Assembly: GCA_003820375.1 (NCBI GenBank)
Contig: RPQH01000011.1
Coordinates: 4,783-68,782 of the forward strand
Reading direction: 5' to 3'
Source of the DNA: Ignavibacteriota bacterium
Lineage (GTDB): Bacteria; Bacteroidota; Ignavibacteria; Tepidaquicellales; OLB5
DNA length: 64,000 bases
The notes under the pieces are model-generated. The model saw only the letters and a list, made by a program, of their open reading frames with translations. It searched no databases and was not told the origin of the DNA. Within the stretch, counting starts at the first letter, position 1. Each line of letters begins with the position of its first letter. The position numbers and the translations under genes are program-made. Below are positions 28,892 through 37,628 of this stretch, one piece after another.

Positions 28892-28955
28892 TCAAATTTA
28901 TCAGATTCATCAGATTTATCAGATTCGCAATTGGCAATTCGCAATTCGAAATTGA
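28892..28955 (+). repeat. 9-nt (CAGATTYAT) then 7-nt (CAATTSG) tandem arrays upstream of the tRNA
   Basis: TCAAATTTATCAGATTCATCAGATTTATCAGATTCGCAATTGGCAATTCGCAATTCGAAATTG. Confidence 0.9.
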
Positions 28956-28959
28956 TTAT

Positions 28960-29031
28960 GCTCCCATGGTGTAATGGACAGCACGACAGGTTCCGGTCCT
29001 GTTGGTGAGGGTTCGAATCCTTCTGGGAGTA
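28960..29031 (+). tRNA. tRNA-Arg (anticodon CCG)
   Basis: Manual cloverleaf. Acceptor GCTCCCA/TGGGAGT (G1-U72 wobble). D-stem GTGT/GCAC with a GG loop. Anticodon stem ACAGG/CCTGT, loop TTCCGGT. T-arm GAGGG-TTCGAAT-CCTTC. Discriminator A. No encoded CCA. Confidence 0.8.
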
Positions 29032-29038
29032 CTAATAC

Positions 29039-29145
29039 AATTACGAATGACGAATGACGAGTTACGAATGAAGAATTACGAATTACGAATGACGAATTAC
29101 GAATGACGAATGACGAATTACGAATGACGAATTACGAATGACGAG
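29039..29145. repeat. heptamer array (ACGAATK)n, about 15 units
   Basis: TTACGAATGACGAATGACGAGTTACGAATGAAGAATTACGAATTACGAATG... It abuts the stop codon of the minus-strand gene 29146-29811. Its units are the reverse complement of the CAATTCG units left of the tRNA. Confidence 0.95.
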
Positions 29146-29811
29146 TTAACCTTTCAACCTGTAACCTGCAGCCACTCTGTGCCTGTCAACCCAATAAGCC
29201 CACAATACAAGCAGCCATTGTGTTAATCCAAGATAAGCAATAGATTTAACATCGGGCGGCGGCGGACCCATGATATTTCCAAAATAAATAATTACAAGAA
29301 AAACTATCAAAGCCCAAAAGGCATATGTGCCAATTTTATCTTTTGCAGATGTTGCAGAGATATAAAACCAAACTCCAAGGATGAAAATAACTGACTCAAG
29401 TATAATAGCAATAACCGGTGAATTCCACAATCCAAAGCCGACATTTGGTCCGGATGTAAGAAGAGGCAGGTCAGGGCGGTGTACAAACAGGTCAAGCACC
29501 CAGTGGCTTAATACCAATAAACCTACAATCAATGAATTCTTTACATTTCTTTTAATAAAGAAATAAATACCTCCAATAATAATACTCCATGCGAGTACAA
29601 AAATTAAGCTGTGGCTGTAGGGATAATCCGAAAAATTTAATGGTGTCATTATAGTATCACCCGGATTTATGACAACATGTTCAATTCCGAATAAGAGCAG
29701 CAATGGCCAAAGCAAATCAAGCCATTGAGAAGCAAGGAACAATGTTCCTAACGAAACCTGCGGAGCCGGTTTTTTGCCGGCTAATCCTGCACCAAAATGA
29801 CCTATAAACAT
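29146..29811 (-). CDS. multi-pass membrane protein, unknown function
   Basis: 221 aa and hydrophobic, with N-terminus MFIGHFGAGLAGKK. The ORFs that overlap it are short. Confidence 0.65.
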   Translation of the reverse strand: MFIGHFGAGLAGKKPAPQVSLGTLFLASQWLDLLWPLLLLFGIEHVVINPGDTIMTPLNFSDYPYSHSLIFVLAWSIIIGGIYFFIKRNVKNSLIVGLLVLSHWVLDLFVHRPDLPLLTSGPNVGFGLWNSPVIAIILESVIFILGVWFYISATSAKDKIGTYAFWALIVFLVIIYFGNIMGPPPPDVKSIAYLGLTQWLLVLWAYWVDRHRVAAGYRLKG

Positions 29812-30038
29812 ATATAATTTTTTTAATTTGCGGAAATTAACTTTGTATTTTTAAAAGTTCAATAACTTTAAAAAAATTCCAATTGATCCTGTCATTCCTT
29901 CCTGCAATCTTCCAATTGCAGCCAACAAGCTTGTAACCTTTAACCGCTTAAACCATCTAATTTAATGTAAAGGATATTTATTGATACTGACTGCTCTTTA
30001 AATTATATTGCATGAGAATCATAATAAAAAAGCTTTAA

Positions 30039-30971
30039 TTGCAAATGGAAAATAAGTTTTCCTATGAAAAAACTTTAAAAACAAAGCCGGGTGAATCATT
30101 CCTGAATTTTCAATCGTATTTACTTGTCACAGCCGGCTCCATTACAAAAGCTTTATATTACACTCCCGTTACACCTCATCAGGTTATTTTGTTTTCACTT
30201 GTATTGGGAATAGCTTCATCGGTATTGCTGATTCAGAATAATATTTATCTTGTAATTTTGGGTGCGGTTTTTCTTTTCTATAAAAATGTATTTGATAAGG
30301 TTGACGGTTCTTTGGCACGTGCCAAAAATATGACAAGCAGAAGAGGAAGATTTTATGATTCAATTTCGGATTTTATAGTATCGTTAAGCTTGTTTATTGC
30401 AATCGGCTTTAAACTGTATGAAAAATATAATGATTGGTTTGTATTTGTAATTAGTTTTCTTGGATTGCTTTTTTCAATGCTCCAGTGTTCGTTCTTTATA
30501 TATTATGAGGTAGCTTTTATAAAACAATCCGGAAAAGAAACAATAAACCGGCTGCTTGAAAATATTACTGAGGCAGATAAACAGCATGAAGATAAGTTCA
30601 CTTTATTCCTGCAAAAAGTGTTTTTAATTATATACGGCTGGCAGGATTGGATTGTGAATAAAACAGATAAATACCTGTTTAATAAAACGAAAAAGAGCTT
30701 AAAACCGGGTGATAACAGTGAGTCAAATTTAGAAGCTATATGGTATATGAATAAACCTTTTTTAACAATTGCCAGCATTTTTTCCATTGGTTCACATATG
30801 GTTTTAATTGCTGTATTTTCAATAGCGGGGAAGATTGAGTACTATCTTTTTGTGAATTTAATATTATGGAATTTATTGTTAGGTTTATCAATTATTTATC
30901 AGTATTATTCCGTTAAAAACAGGATAAAACGGTCAGGAAATGGTATTTATAACAAGAAAATTTCATTTTAG
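30039..30971 (+). CDS. CDP-alcohol phosphatidyltransferase family protein
   Basis: The signature DGx2ARx8Gx3Dx3D is present as DKVDGSLARAKNMTSRRGRFYDSISDF. Multi-pass membrane protein. Confidence 0.8.
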   Translation: MQMENKFSYEKTLKTKPGESFLNFQSYLLVTAGSITKALYYTPVTPHQVILFSLVLGIASSVLLIQNNIYLVILGAVFLFYKNVFDKVDGSLARAKNMTSRRGRFYDSISDFIVSLSLFIAIGFKLYEKYNDWFVFVISFLGLLFSMLQCSFFIYYEVAFIKQSGKETINRLLENITEADKQHEDKFTLFLQKVFLIIYGWQDWIVNKTDKYLFNKTKKSLKPGDNSESNLEAIWYMNKPFLTIASIFSIGSHMVLIAVFSIAGKIEYYLFVNLILWNLLLGLSIIYQYYSVKNRIKRSGNGIYNKKISF

Positions 30972-31353
30972 TGCATCACACAGATTATATGATCCTGCAC
31001 TGAGCAATGAAGAAAGCGAAAGAATTTACGGCAAATGCAGTAATCCAAACGGGCACGGGCATAATTACATGTTGGAAGTTACTGTTGCCGGTGAGCCTGA
31101 TGTACATATCGGTTATGTAATGGACCTGAAAGAGCTAAAAGAACTTGTTAACAGTGAACTGATAAATAAAGTCGACCATAAGAATTTAAACCTCGATGTT
31201 GATTTTATGAAAGGTGTTATTCCTACGGCAGAGAACATTGCAATACAGTTCTGGAAACAAATAGAAAATAAAATTAATAATAATAACAGGAAGCTTTATT
31301 CAGTTAAGCTTTTTGAAACAGAAAATAATAGTGTAGAGTACAGGGGAAGTTAA
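30940..31353 (+). CDS. 6-pyruvoyl-tetrahydropterin synthase family protein (PTPS/QueD superfamily, animal-PTPS-like)
   Basis: 137 aa. FSASHRL..GKCSNPNGHGHNY..DHKNLNLDV follows, to my recollection, the animal PTPS pattern rather than the E. coli QueD CxxxHGH pattern. It overlaps the upstream CDS by 32 nt. Confidence 0.85.
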   Translation: MVFITRKFHFSASHRLYDPALSNEESERIYGKCSNPNGHGHNYMLEVTVAGEPDVHIGYVMDLKELKELVNSELINKVDHKNLNLDVDFMKGVIPTAENIAIQFWKQIENKINNNNRKLYSVKLFETENNSVEYRGS

Positions 31354-32001
31354 ATGAATAAAAATGCAAATAAAAAAAACGGATTAGGTGTAATTGAAGA
31401 TATTGATGAACCGCATCTTCCCGAAATGGATGGGGCATCAACAAGTAAAATGGAACACATTGTTAAAGACCTCCTCATCGAAATGGGCGAAGACCCAACG
31501 CGTGAGGGATTATTAAGAACACCATTACGTGTTGCTAAGGCATATAAGTTTCTTACCAAAGGCTATGAGCAGGATGTTAACACAGTTCTTAACGGTGCAA
31601 TATTCAATGAGTGCTATAATGAAATAGTTCTTGTAAAAGATATTGATTTCTTCAGCTTGTGTGAACATCATCTGTTGCCGTTTTACGGGAAATGCCATAT
31701 AGCCTACATTCCGAATAATAAGATTGTCGGGTTAAGCAAAATACCAAGGATAGTTGAAATATTTTCAAGACGCCTGCAGGTACAGGAAAGGATGACAAAG
31801 CAGATTGGGGATGTATTATATAAGGCACTTCAGCCAAAAGGTGTGGCAGTAGTTATTGAAGCAAGGCACCTTTGCATGATGATGCGTGGTGTTGAGAAGC
31901 AGAATTCAATTGCAACAACATCTAATATGCTTGGAGTGTTTAAATCAGATGCAAAAACAAGAGCCGAGTTCCTGAAATTGATTAATGCAAAACTGAGCTG
32001 A
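31354..32001 (+). CDS. folE: GTP cyclohydrolase I
   Basis: 215 aa with CEHHLLPF and HLCMMMRGV motifs. It starts directly after the PTPS stop. Confidence 0.95.
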   Translation: MNKNANKKNGLGVIEDIDEPHLPEMDGASTSKMEHIVKDLLIEMGEDPTREGLLRTPLRVAKAYKFLTKGYEQDVNTVLNGAIFNECYNEIVLVKDIDFFSLCEHHLLPFYGKCHIAYIPNNKIVGLSKIPRIVEIFSRRLQVQERMTKQIGDVLYKALQPKGVAVVIEARHLCMMMRGVEKQNSIATTSNMLGVFKSDAKTRAEFLKLINAKLS

Positions 32002-32771
32002 TGCTGTCTGCAAAAGAATTAAAGATGCTCGGTTCACTGAAGCAAAAAAAATACCGTGAACAGGAAGGAAAGTTTTTAATAGAAGGTTTTCATTTAGTAG
32101 AGGAGTGCCTGAGCTCCTCTTTTTATTTGAAAAAAATAATTGTAAGTAATGATACAGATGAAAATAAACTTGAAAATATAAAGAAAAAATTTAAAAACAT
32201 CATACCCGAAATTACAGAAATCTCACCCCGGCAATTTAAGAAAATATCCGAAACTGAGAATCCGCAGGGAATAATAGGAGTAGTGGGAATACCTTCGAAA
32301 CTGCCAAATACTGAAGAAAAATCAGGAAATTTAATCATAGCACTTGACAGAATTAATGACCCGGGGAATCTTGGCACTATTATCCGCACTGCATACTGGT
32401 TTGGAGCAGACAGAATATTGGCGGGTAAAAATTCCGCTGATATTTATAACTCCAAAGTAATACGCTCATCTCAGGGCGGGATTTTTCATATCGAAATTCA
32501 ACCGGACTGCACGTTGGAAGAAGAGCTTAAAAAATACAGGAAATCGGGTTTTAATGTATATTTATTTACATTAGATGCAGAAAAATATCTGGATGAAATT
32601 AAGAACGTTGATAAATCGGTGCTTGTATTTGGCAATGAAACAGAGGGCATTTCTTCCGGCTTGTTTAATCATGACTATCAAAAGGTAAAGATAAGAGGTT
32701 TCAGCAGCTGCGAATCCCTTAATGCTGCAATCAGCTCTGCTATAGGTTTATACCATTTCAGAAATAAATAA
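32001..32771 (+). CDS. TrmH/SpoU family RNA 2'-O-methyltransferase
   Basis: 256 aa with SpoU motifs NPGNLGTIIRTA, LVFGNETEGIS and SLNAAISSAI. TGATG overlap with folE. Confidence 0.85.
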   Translation: MLSAKELKMLGSLKQKKYREQEGKFLIEGFHLVEECLSSSFYLKKIIVSNDTDENKLENIKKKFKNIIPEITEISPRQFKKISETENPQGIIGVVGIPSKLPNTEEKSGNLIIALDRINDPGNLGTIIRTAYWFGADRILAGKNSADIYNSKVIRSSQGGIFHIEIQPDCTLEEELKKYRKSGFNVYLFTLDAEKYLDEIKNVDKSVLVFGNETEGISSGLFNHDYQKVKIRGFSSCESLNAAISSAIGLYHFRNK

Positions 32772-32850
32772 CCGGTCATATACACAGTACCGGGAAACTT
32801 TAATCCCCCAAATCCCTTTAACTCCTTATAAAAGTTTATATTTAATACTA

Positions 32851-32879
32851 TTGACCGTTAAATTTATTTTAAATAAATT
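32851..32879 (+). promoter_or_regulatory. sigma70-type promoter upstream of the first OmpA-family gene
   Basis: TTGACC (32851-32856), 17 bp, TAAATT (32874-32879). Confidence 0.5.
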
Positions 32880-32981
32880 ATACTTCCGTAGGGGTTAAGT
32901 TCTAATTTCAAAATAAATTTTGGTAAAATTTAGCATTTGATAACTAATCCTACATCAAAAAACATTTCTTCCGGGGGGAAC

Positions 32982-34793
32982 GTGAAAAACTTCCTTACTG
33001 CATATTTTATTTTGTTTATTCTTTCTGTCATTTTATTTTCATTTAATACAAAATATTTATTAGCACAAATACAGGTCGATGACGGAAACGACCCTGAGTA
33101 TTATTTTAATATTGTAAAGCTTTATGCACCTAACGAAGATGCGTTTATTGCATTACAAAGACTGGCAAAGCCTTACATAGATAGAAAAGACTGGAAAAAA
33201 GCAATTAAAGTATTTGAAGAGAACAAGAGCAGGTTCCCGGCAATGACTGAAAGGTTTGATAAAATTATAGCTATTCTCGAAGGTCCTGAAGAAGGCATTA
33301 AAATGATAAATATGGGAGGCAATATTAATTCAGGCGGAGCCGAATATGTACCTAACCTGACTCCCGATATGAAAAAACTTTATTTTACAGGACGAAACAG
33401 GGAAGATGAAATCGGCGGTGAAGATGTGTATATATCTTATTACATTGGCAATCATTGGTCTATAGCATTACCCATTAGCGGAAAGATAAATACCGAAAGT
33501 AATGAATTTGTAAACAGCATTTCTGCCGATGGTAATACATTGGTTCTTTTTGGCAACTATGAGAAACAACTTGGCAGAGGCGATAATTTTTATTCTGAAA
33601 GAATTCCTTTGGGCTGGTCTGATATAAAAACTTTCCCGGCACCGATAAATTCCAAGTGGTGGGATGCGGATGCTTTTTTAACCGCAGATGGTAAAGCAAT
33701 CATATTTTCTTCCGAAAGACCGGGAGGTGTTGGTCCCTATCATCAAAAAGGAGATTACTTTCATGGCATGTACTGGGGTAATATTGACCTGTATGTTTGT
33801 TTAAGAGAAGGTGACGGCTGGAGCAAGGAAGCAATTAATTTAGGTCCATCAATTAATACACCTTTTACCGAGCGTTCGGCTTTTCTTCATCCCGATGGTA
33901 AAACTTTATATTTCTCTTCGGATGGTTTTCCCGGTTTAGGTAAATCTGATGTATTCAAATCTGTCAGGTTAAGCGATACATCGTGGACAATGTGGAGTGA
34001 GCCGATAAATCTCGGGAAAGAAATAAATACCAGCCAGGAAGACTGGGGCTATAAAATATCGACAGACGGGAAAACGGCTTATTTCTCTACTGTAAATAAT
34101 TCGGGTTTTGGTGAGGAAGATATTTATTACATTAACCTGCCGCAGTATGCAAAACCCGAAAAGAACGTAATTACAATTACAGGGAAAGTACTTGATGAAA
34201 AAGGTAAACCTGTTGACGCAGTTATTAAGTGGGAAGATATAGACAGGCTAATAGAAGTAGGTATTGCGAAAACAGACCCTGCAACAGGTGAGTATTTTAT
34301 TGCTTTACCTGTAGGCAAGTATTACGCATATTTTGCTGAAGTCCGCGGTTATTATTCAACAGTGAATTATCTTGACCTGACCGATGCAAATACATTTCAG
34401 GAAATAAAAACGGATGTCAATCTTGTTTCTGTTGAGGAGCTGAAGAATTCAGGCAAGAGCATAAAAATAGAAAATATATTTTTTGATTTCGGAAAATATG
34501 ATTTAAAGGAAAAATCATATGAAGCCCTGAACCTGCTTTATAAGTTTATGAAAGATAACCCCGATATAATGGTAGAAATTAATGCTCATACCGATAACAT
34601 AGGGAGTGATAATTTTAATATTCATTTATCTGAAAACAGGGCATCATCCGTAGTAAATTATCTTTTACAAAAAGGAATTGAGCCCGGCAGACTATTCCCG
34701 CAGGGTTTTGGCAAAAACAACCCTGTTGCAAGCAATGATACCGACGAAGGCAGAGCCCTTAACAGGCGTGTGGAATTCCGCTTGAAAAAATAA
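32982..34793 (+). CDS. OmpA-family protein with TolB-like beta-propeller repeats
   Basis: C-terminal OmpA-like domain (FDFGKYDLK..NAHTDNIGS..NRRVEFRL). Repeats of the type ..DGKTLYFSSD. The start is uncertain: GTG at 32982 preceded by GGGGGG, or the track TTG at 32937. Confidence 0.8.
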   Translation: MKNFLTAYFILFILSVILFSFNTKYLLAQIQVDDGNDPEYYFNIVKLYAPNEDAFIALQRLAKPYIDRKDWKKAIKVFEENKSRFPAMTERFDKIIAILEGPEEGIKMINMGGNINSGGAEYVPNLTPDMKKLYFTGRNREDEIGGEDVYISYYIGNHWSIALPISGKINTESNEFVNSISADGNTLVLFGNYEKQLGRGDNFYSERIPLGWSDIKTFPAPINSKWWDADAFLTADGKAIIFSSERPGGVGPYHQKGDYFHGMYWGNIDLYVCLREGDGWSKEAINLGPSINTPFTERSAFLHPDGKTLYFSSDGFPGLGKSDVFKSVRLSDTSWTMWSEPINLGKEINTSQEDWGYKISTDGKTAYFSTVNNSGFGEEDIYYINLPQYAKPEKNVITITGKVLDEKGKPVDAVIKWEDIDRLIEVGIAKTDPATGEYFIALPVGKYYAYFAEVRGYYSTVNYLDLTDANTFQEIKTDVNLVSVEELKNSGKSIKIENIFFDFGKYDLKEKSYEALNLLYKFMKDNPDIMVEINAHTDNIGSDNFNIHLSENRASSVVNYLLQKGIEPGRLFPQGFGKNNPVASNDTDEGRALNRRVEFRLKK

Positions 34794-34866
34794 TAAATAT
34801 TCTAATTTCTCTGACTGCATAATTTCTTCCTGAAATTTCTTTATACTATTTACTGTTTATTCTATT

Positions 34867-36654
34867 ATGAAATTAATACAATCGTGTATAACTCTTCTTG
34901 TAATTCTTGCTGCCGGAAGCCCTGTTTTATCACAAAGAACTATTGATGATATAACGACAGTTGCTGAGTTTAAACAGTATGCCCGTTTAATGGCACCAAA
35001 TGAAAATGCTTTTGTGGCAGTGCAAAGGATTGCAAAAGAATATCTGGACAGTAAAGACTGGCAGGGTGCTGCACAGGTATTTGCCGCGTACAGCAAGCTA
35101 TTTCCTAATATGAATGAGCGTTTTGCAAAGATAGATTCGCTTTTGAAAGCATCTCCGCAAAATTTAATACTTACTAATCTAAGGGTAATAAATTCAAGTG
35201 ATGATGAATATTTTCCTGTAATTACAATAGATGAGAACCGTATATATTTTACCGGAAGCAGCAGAAAAGATAATATCGGCGGCGAAGATATCTTTTACTC
35301 CGACAGGATAAACGAGAAATGGACTAAGGCAAAGTTATTACCGGCCCCCTTCAGCACATATGAAAATGATGCTGTTAACAGTGTATCTGCAGACGGGATT
35401 ATTCTCGTTGTCTTTGGTACGTATAAAGGTGCAATCGGCGAAGGGGATAACTTTTATTCCGAAAGAACCGCTTCGGGATGGTCTGCAATAAAACCGTTTC
35501 AAGTTCCGGTTAATTCCAAGTACTGGGATTGTGACGGGTTTCTTTCTGCCGATGGCAAAGCATTCTTTTTTGTAAGTGACAGACCCGGGGGAACCGGTGA
35601 GTTCAACAGGAGCGGTTATCCTTTCCATGGTGATATACAAGGTAACACTGATATTTATGTTTGCGTCAAAAATGATTCAGGCTGGTCTGCTCCAATCAAT
35701 CTTGGCACTTATGTTAACACGCCTTATTCAGAACGCTCGCCTTTCCTGCATCCAGATGGAAGGACATTGTATTTTTCATCTGACGGCTTTTACGGACTTG
35801 GTGAGCTTGATGTATTTAAGACTGTCAGGTTAAATGATACCTCATGGACAGAATGGGGTAAACCGGTAAATCTCGGTAAAGATATTAATACAAGCGGAAC
35901 GGATATTGCATATAAGATTTCAACAAAAGGTGAACTCGCTTATTTTTCAACAAATTATTCCGGCGGTGAAGGCGGGTATGACATTTATTCGATAACACTT
36001 CCGCCTGAAGCAAGACCGCAAAGAAATGTGGTTGCCGTTAAAGGAAAAGTAACCGATGAAAATGATAATCCGCTTGATGCAAATATCAATTGGGCGGATA
36101 TTTCTTCTAACACAAATGTCGGAGCTTTAAAATCGGACCCTGTAACCGGCGATTATATCATCGTACTTCCTGTAGGGAAAGTTTACAGCTATTTTGCAGA
36201 TAAGCAGGGTTATTACTCGGTTTCAAATGAAGTGAATCTTTCGGATAAAACCGAATACTCGGAAATGAATGTTGATATAAAAATGATTGCTGTTAAATCA
36301 CTTGAGGAAACAGCAATAAAGCTAAATAATATTTATTTTGATTTTGATAAATATGACCTGAAGCCTGAATCATTCAGTGAACTGGAGAGAGTGTATAAAT
36401 TTCTCACAGATAATCCTGAAATTAAAGTAGAGATATCTGCACATACAGATGCAATAGGCAGCGAAGAATATAATATGGGACTTTCACAAAAGCGTGCACA
36501 AAGTGTTGTTGATTATCTTATCAGCATTGGTATCAATCAGGACAGGTTGATTGCAAAAGGTTACGGTAAAAGCCAGCCTGTAGCAGATAATGGTACCGAA
36601 GAAGGCAGAGCATTAAACAGAAGAGTGGAAATGAAAATAGTTAAGAGTCTATAG
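34867..36654 (+). CDS. OmpA-family protein with TolB-like repeats (paralog of the preceding gene)
   Basis: 595 aa, collinear with 32982-34793. Signal peptide. ..SAHTDAIGSEEYN..NRRVEMKI. Confidence 0.85.
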   Translation: MKLIQSCITLLVILAAGSPVLSQRTIDDITTVAEFKQYARLMAPNENAFVAVQRIAKEYLDSKDWQGAAQVFAAYSKLFPNMNERFAKIDSLLKASPQNLILTNLRVINSSDDEYFPVITIDENRIYFTGSSRKDNIGGEDIFYSDRINEKWTKAKLLPAPFSTYENDAVNSVSADGIILVVFGTYKGAIGEGDNFYSERTASGWSAIKPFQVPVNSKYWDCDGFLSADGKAFFFVSDRPGGTGEFNRSGYPFHGDIQGNTDIYVCVKNDSGWSAPINLGTYVNTPYSERSPFLHPDGRTLYFSSDGFYGLGELDVFKTVRLNDTSWTEWGKPVNLGKDINTSGTDIAYKISTKGELAYFSTNYSGGEGGYDIYSITLPPEARPQRNVVAVKGKVTDENDNPLDANINWADISSNTNVGALKSDPVTGDYIIVLPVGKVYSYFADKQGYYSVSNEVNLSDKTEYSEMNVDIKMIAVKSLEETAIKLNNIYFDFDKYDLKPESFSELERVYKFLTDNPEIKVEISAHTDAIGSEEYNMGLSQKRAQSVVDYLISIGINQDRLIAKGYGKSQPVADNGTEEGRALNRRVEMKIVKSL

Positions 36655-36786
36655 AGTTCAGAGAGTTTAGAGAGTATAGAGAGTTCAGAGAGTTTGGAGA
36701 GTTCGGAGAGTTCGGAGGGTTCAGAGAGTTCAGAGAGTTCAGAGAGTTCAGAGGGTTCAGAGAGTTCGGAGAGTTCGGAGAGTTTA
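36653..36786 (+). repeat. 9-nt tandem array (GAGAGTTYR), about 15 units, starting in the stop codon
   Basis: TAGAGTTCAGAGAGTTTAGAGAGTATAGAGAGTTCAGAGAGTTTGGAGAGTTCGGAGAGTTCGG... Confidence 0.95.
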
Positions 36787-36882
36787 TGGGATGGAATAAT
36801 TGAGAGCTCAAACATTATAGGTAAACTGTGATACAGAATTCTATAATGTATTGTATATTGATACTACATATAGTATCTTTAA

Positions 36883-37161
36883 ATGATGGGTGATATAGAA
36901 AAAAGAATTGAGAAGTGGAGAAGTTCTAAACAACCTGTTTCAAAAAAAGATCTTGAACCAGTGCTTAATTATTATTTTCCGGGTTGGAAATCAGGCAAAG
37001 GCACTTCTCATTTATATAAACTATATCACGAGAAGTTAATTAATAATACTGATTATTTTTATGGTCATTTTACTATTCCGGTTACAGGGGGTAACAAAGT
37101 GAAATATATTTACATTAAACAGCTTATAAAAGCAATTGAAATAATTGAAACAAAATTCTAA
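36883..37161 (+). CDS. hicA: HicA-like mRNA-interferase toxin (N-terminally extended)
   Basis: 92 aa. GKGTSHLYKLYH..FTIPVTGGNKVKYIYIKQLIKAI resembles the HicA GSH..IP.H pattern. It sits immediately upstream of a clear HicB-like gene. Confidence 0.55.
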   Translation: MMGDIEKRIEKWRSSKQPVSKKDLEPVLNYYFPGWKSGKGTSHLYKLYHEKLINNTDYFYGHFTIPVTGGNKVKYIYIKQLIKAIEIIETKF

Positions 37162-37165
37162 TCAT

Positions 37166-37588
37166 ATGAAAAACAATATAACACATTATATGATACTTGA
37201 TTACGAGGTAGTTCATAGAAGATTAACAAAAGAAGAAGGCGGCGGTTATATAGCATATATTCCCCAGTTAGGAAGAAATACATTTCAGGCGGATGGCGAA
37301 ACTCTTGAAGAAGCTTTAGCAAATTTGGAAATTGTGAAAAAGGAATTATTCAAAGACTTTATTAAAAAAGGTTATCAAATTCCGGAACCGGAAAGCCAAG
37401 AACAGGAATACAGCGGGAAATTTATAGTTCGTGTTCCTAAATTTCTGCATAAGGAACTTGTTAGTGAAGCAAAGAAAAACAACAGCAGCTTGAATCAATA
37501 TGTTCTAACACTGTTATCAAAAAATTTATATGTATCGGATGGAAGCACAAAATATTATGTGAAAAAATCCTCAAAACGAAAAAATTAG
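37166..37588 (+). CDS. hicB: HicB-family antitoxin with a C-terminal RHH-like DNA-binding tail
   Basis: EGGGYIAYIPQLGRNTFQADGETLEEALANLE is the HicB N-domain pattern. The C-terminus GKFIVRVPKFLHKELVSEAKKNNSSLNQYVLTLLSK is RHH-like. The ATG at 37166 lies 4 nt after the hicA stop, whereas the track uses a TTG at 37145. Confidence 0.75.
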   Translation: MKNNITHYMILDYEVVHRRLTKEEGGGYIAYIPQLGRNTFQADGETLEEALANLEIVKKELFKDFIKKGYQIPEPESQEQEYSGKFIVRVPKFLHKELVSEAKKNNSSLNQYVLTLLSKNLYVSDGSTKYYVKKSSKRKN

Positions 37589-37628
37589 AATTTTAAAAAT
37601 AAGAATAATCTGAATCATAAAAATTTCT

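Noticed and set aside
36561-36815. 84-aa minus-strand ORF (SELSELSEPSELSELS...)
   Set aside because: It is simply the antisense translation of the 9-nt tandem array. The 3-aa periodicity reflects the repeat, not a protein, and it also overlaps the end of the OmpA-family gene.
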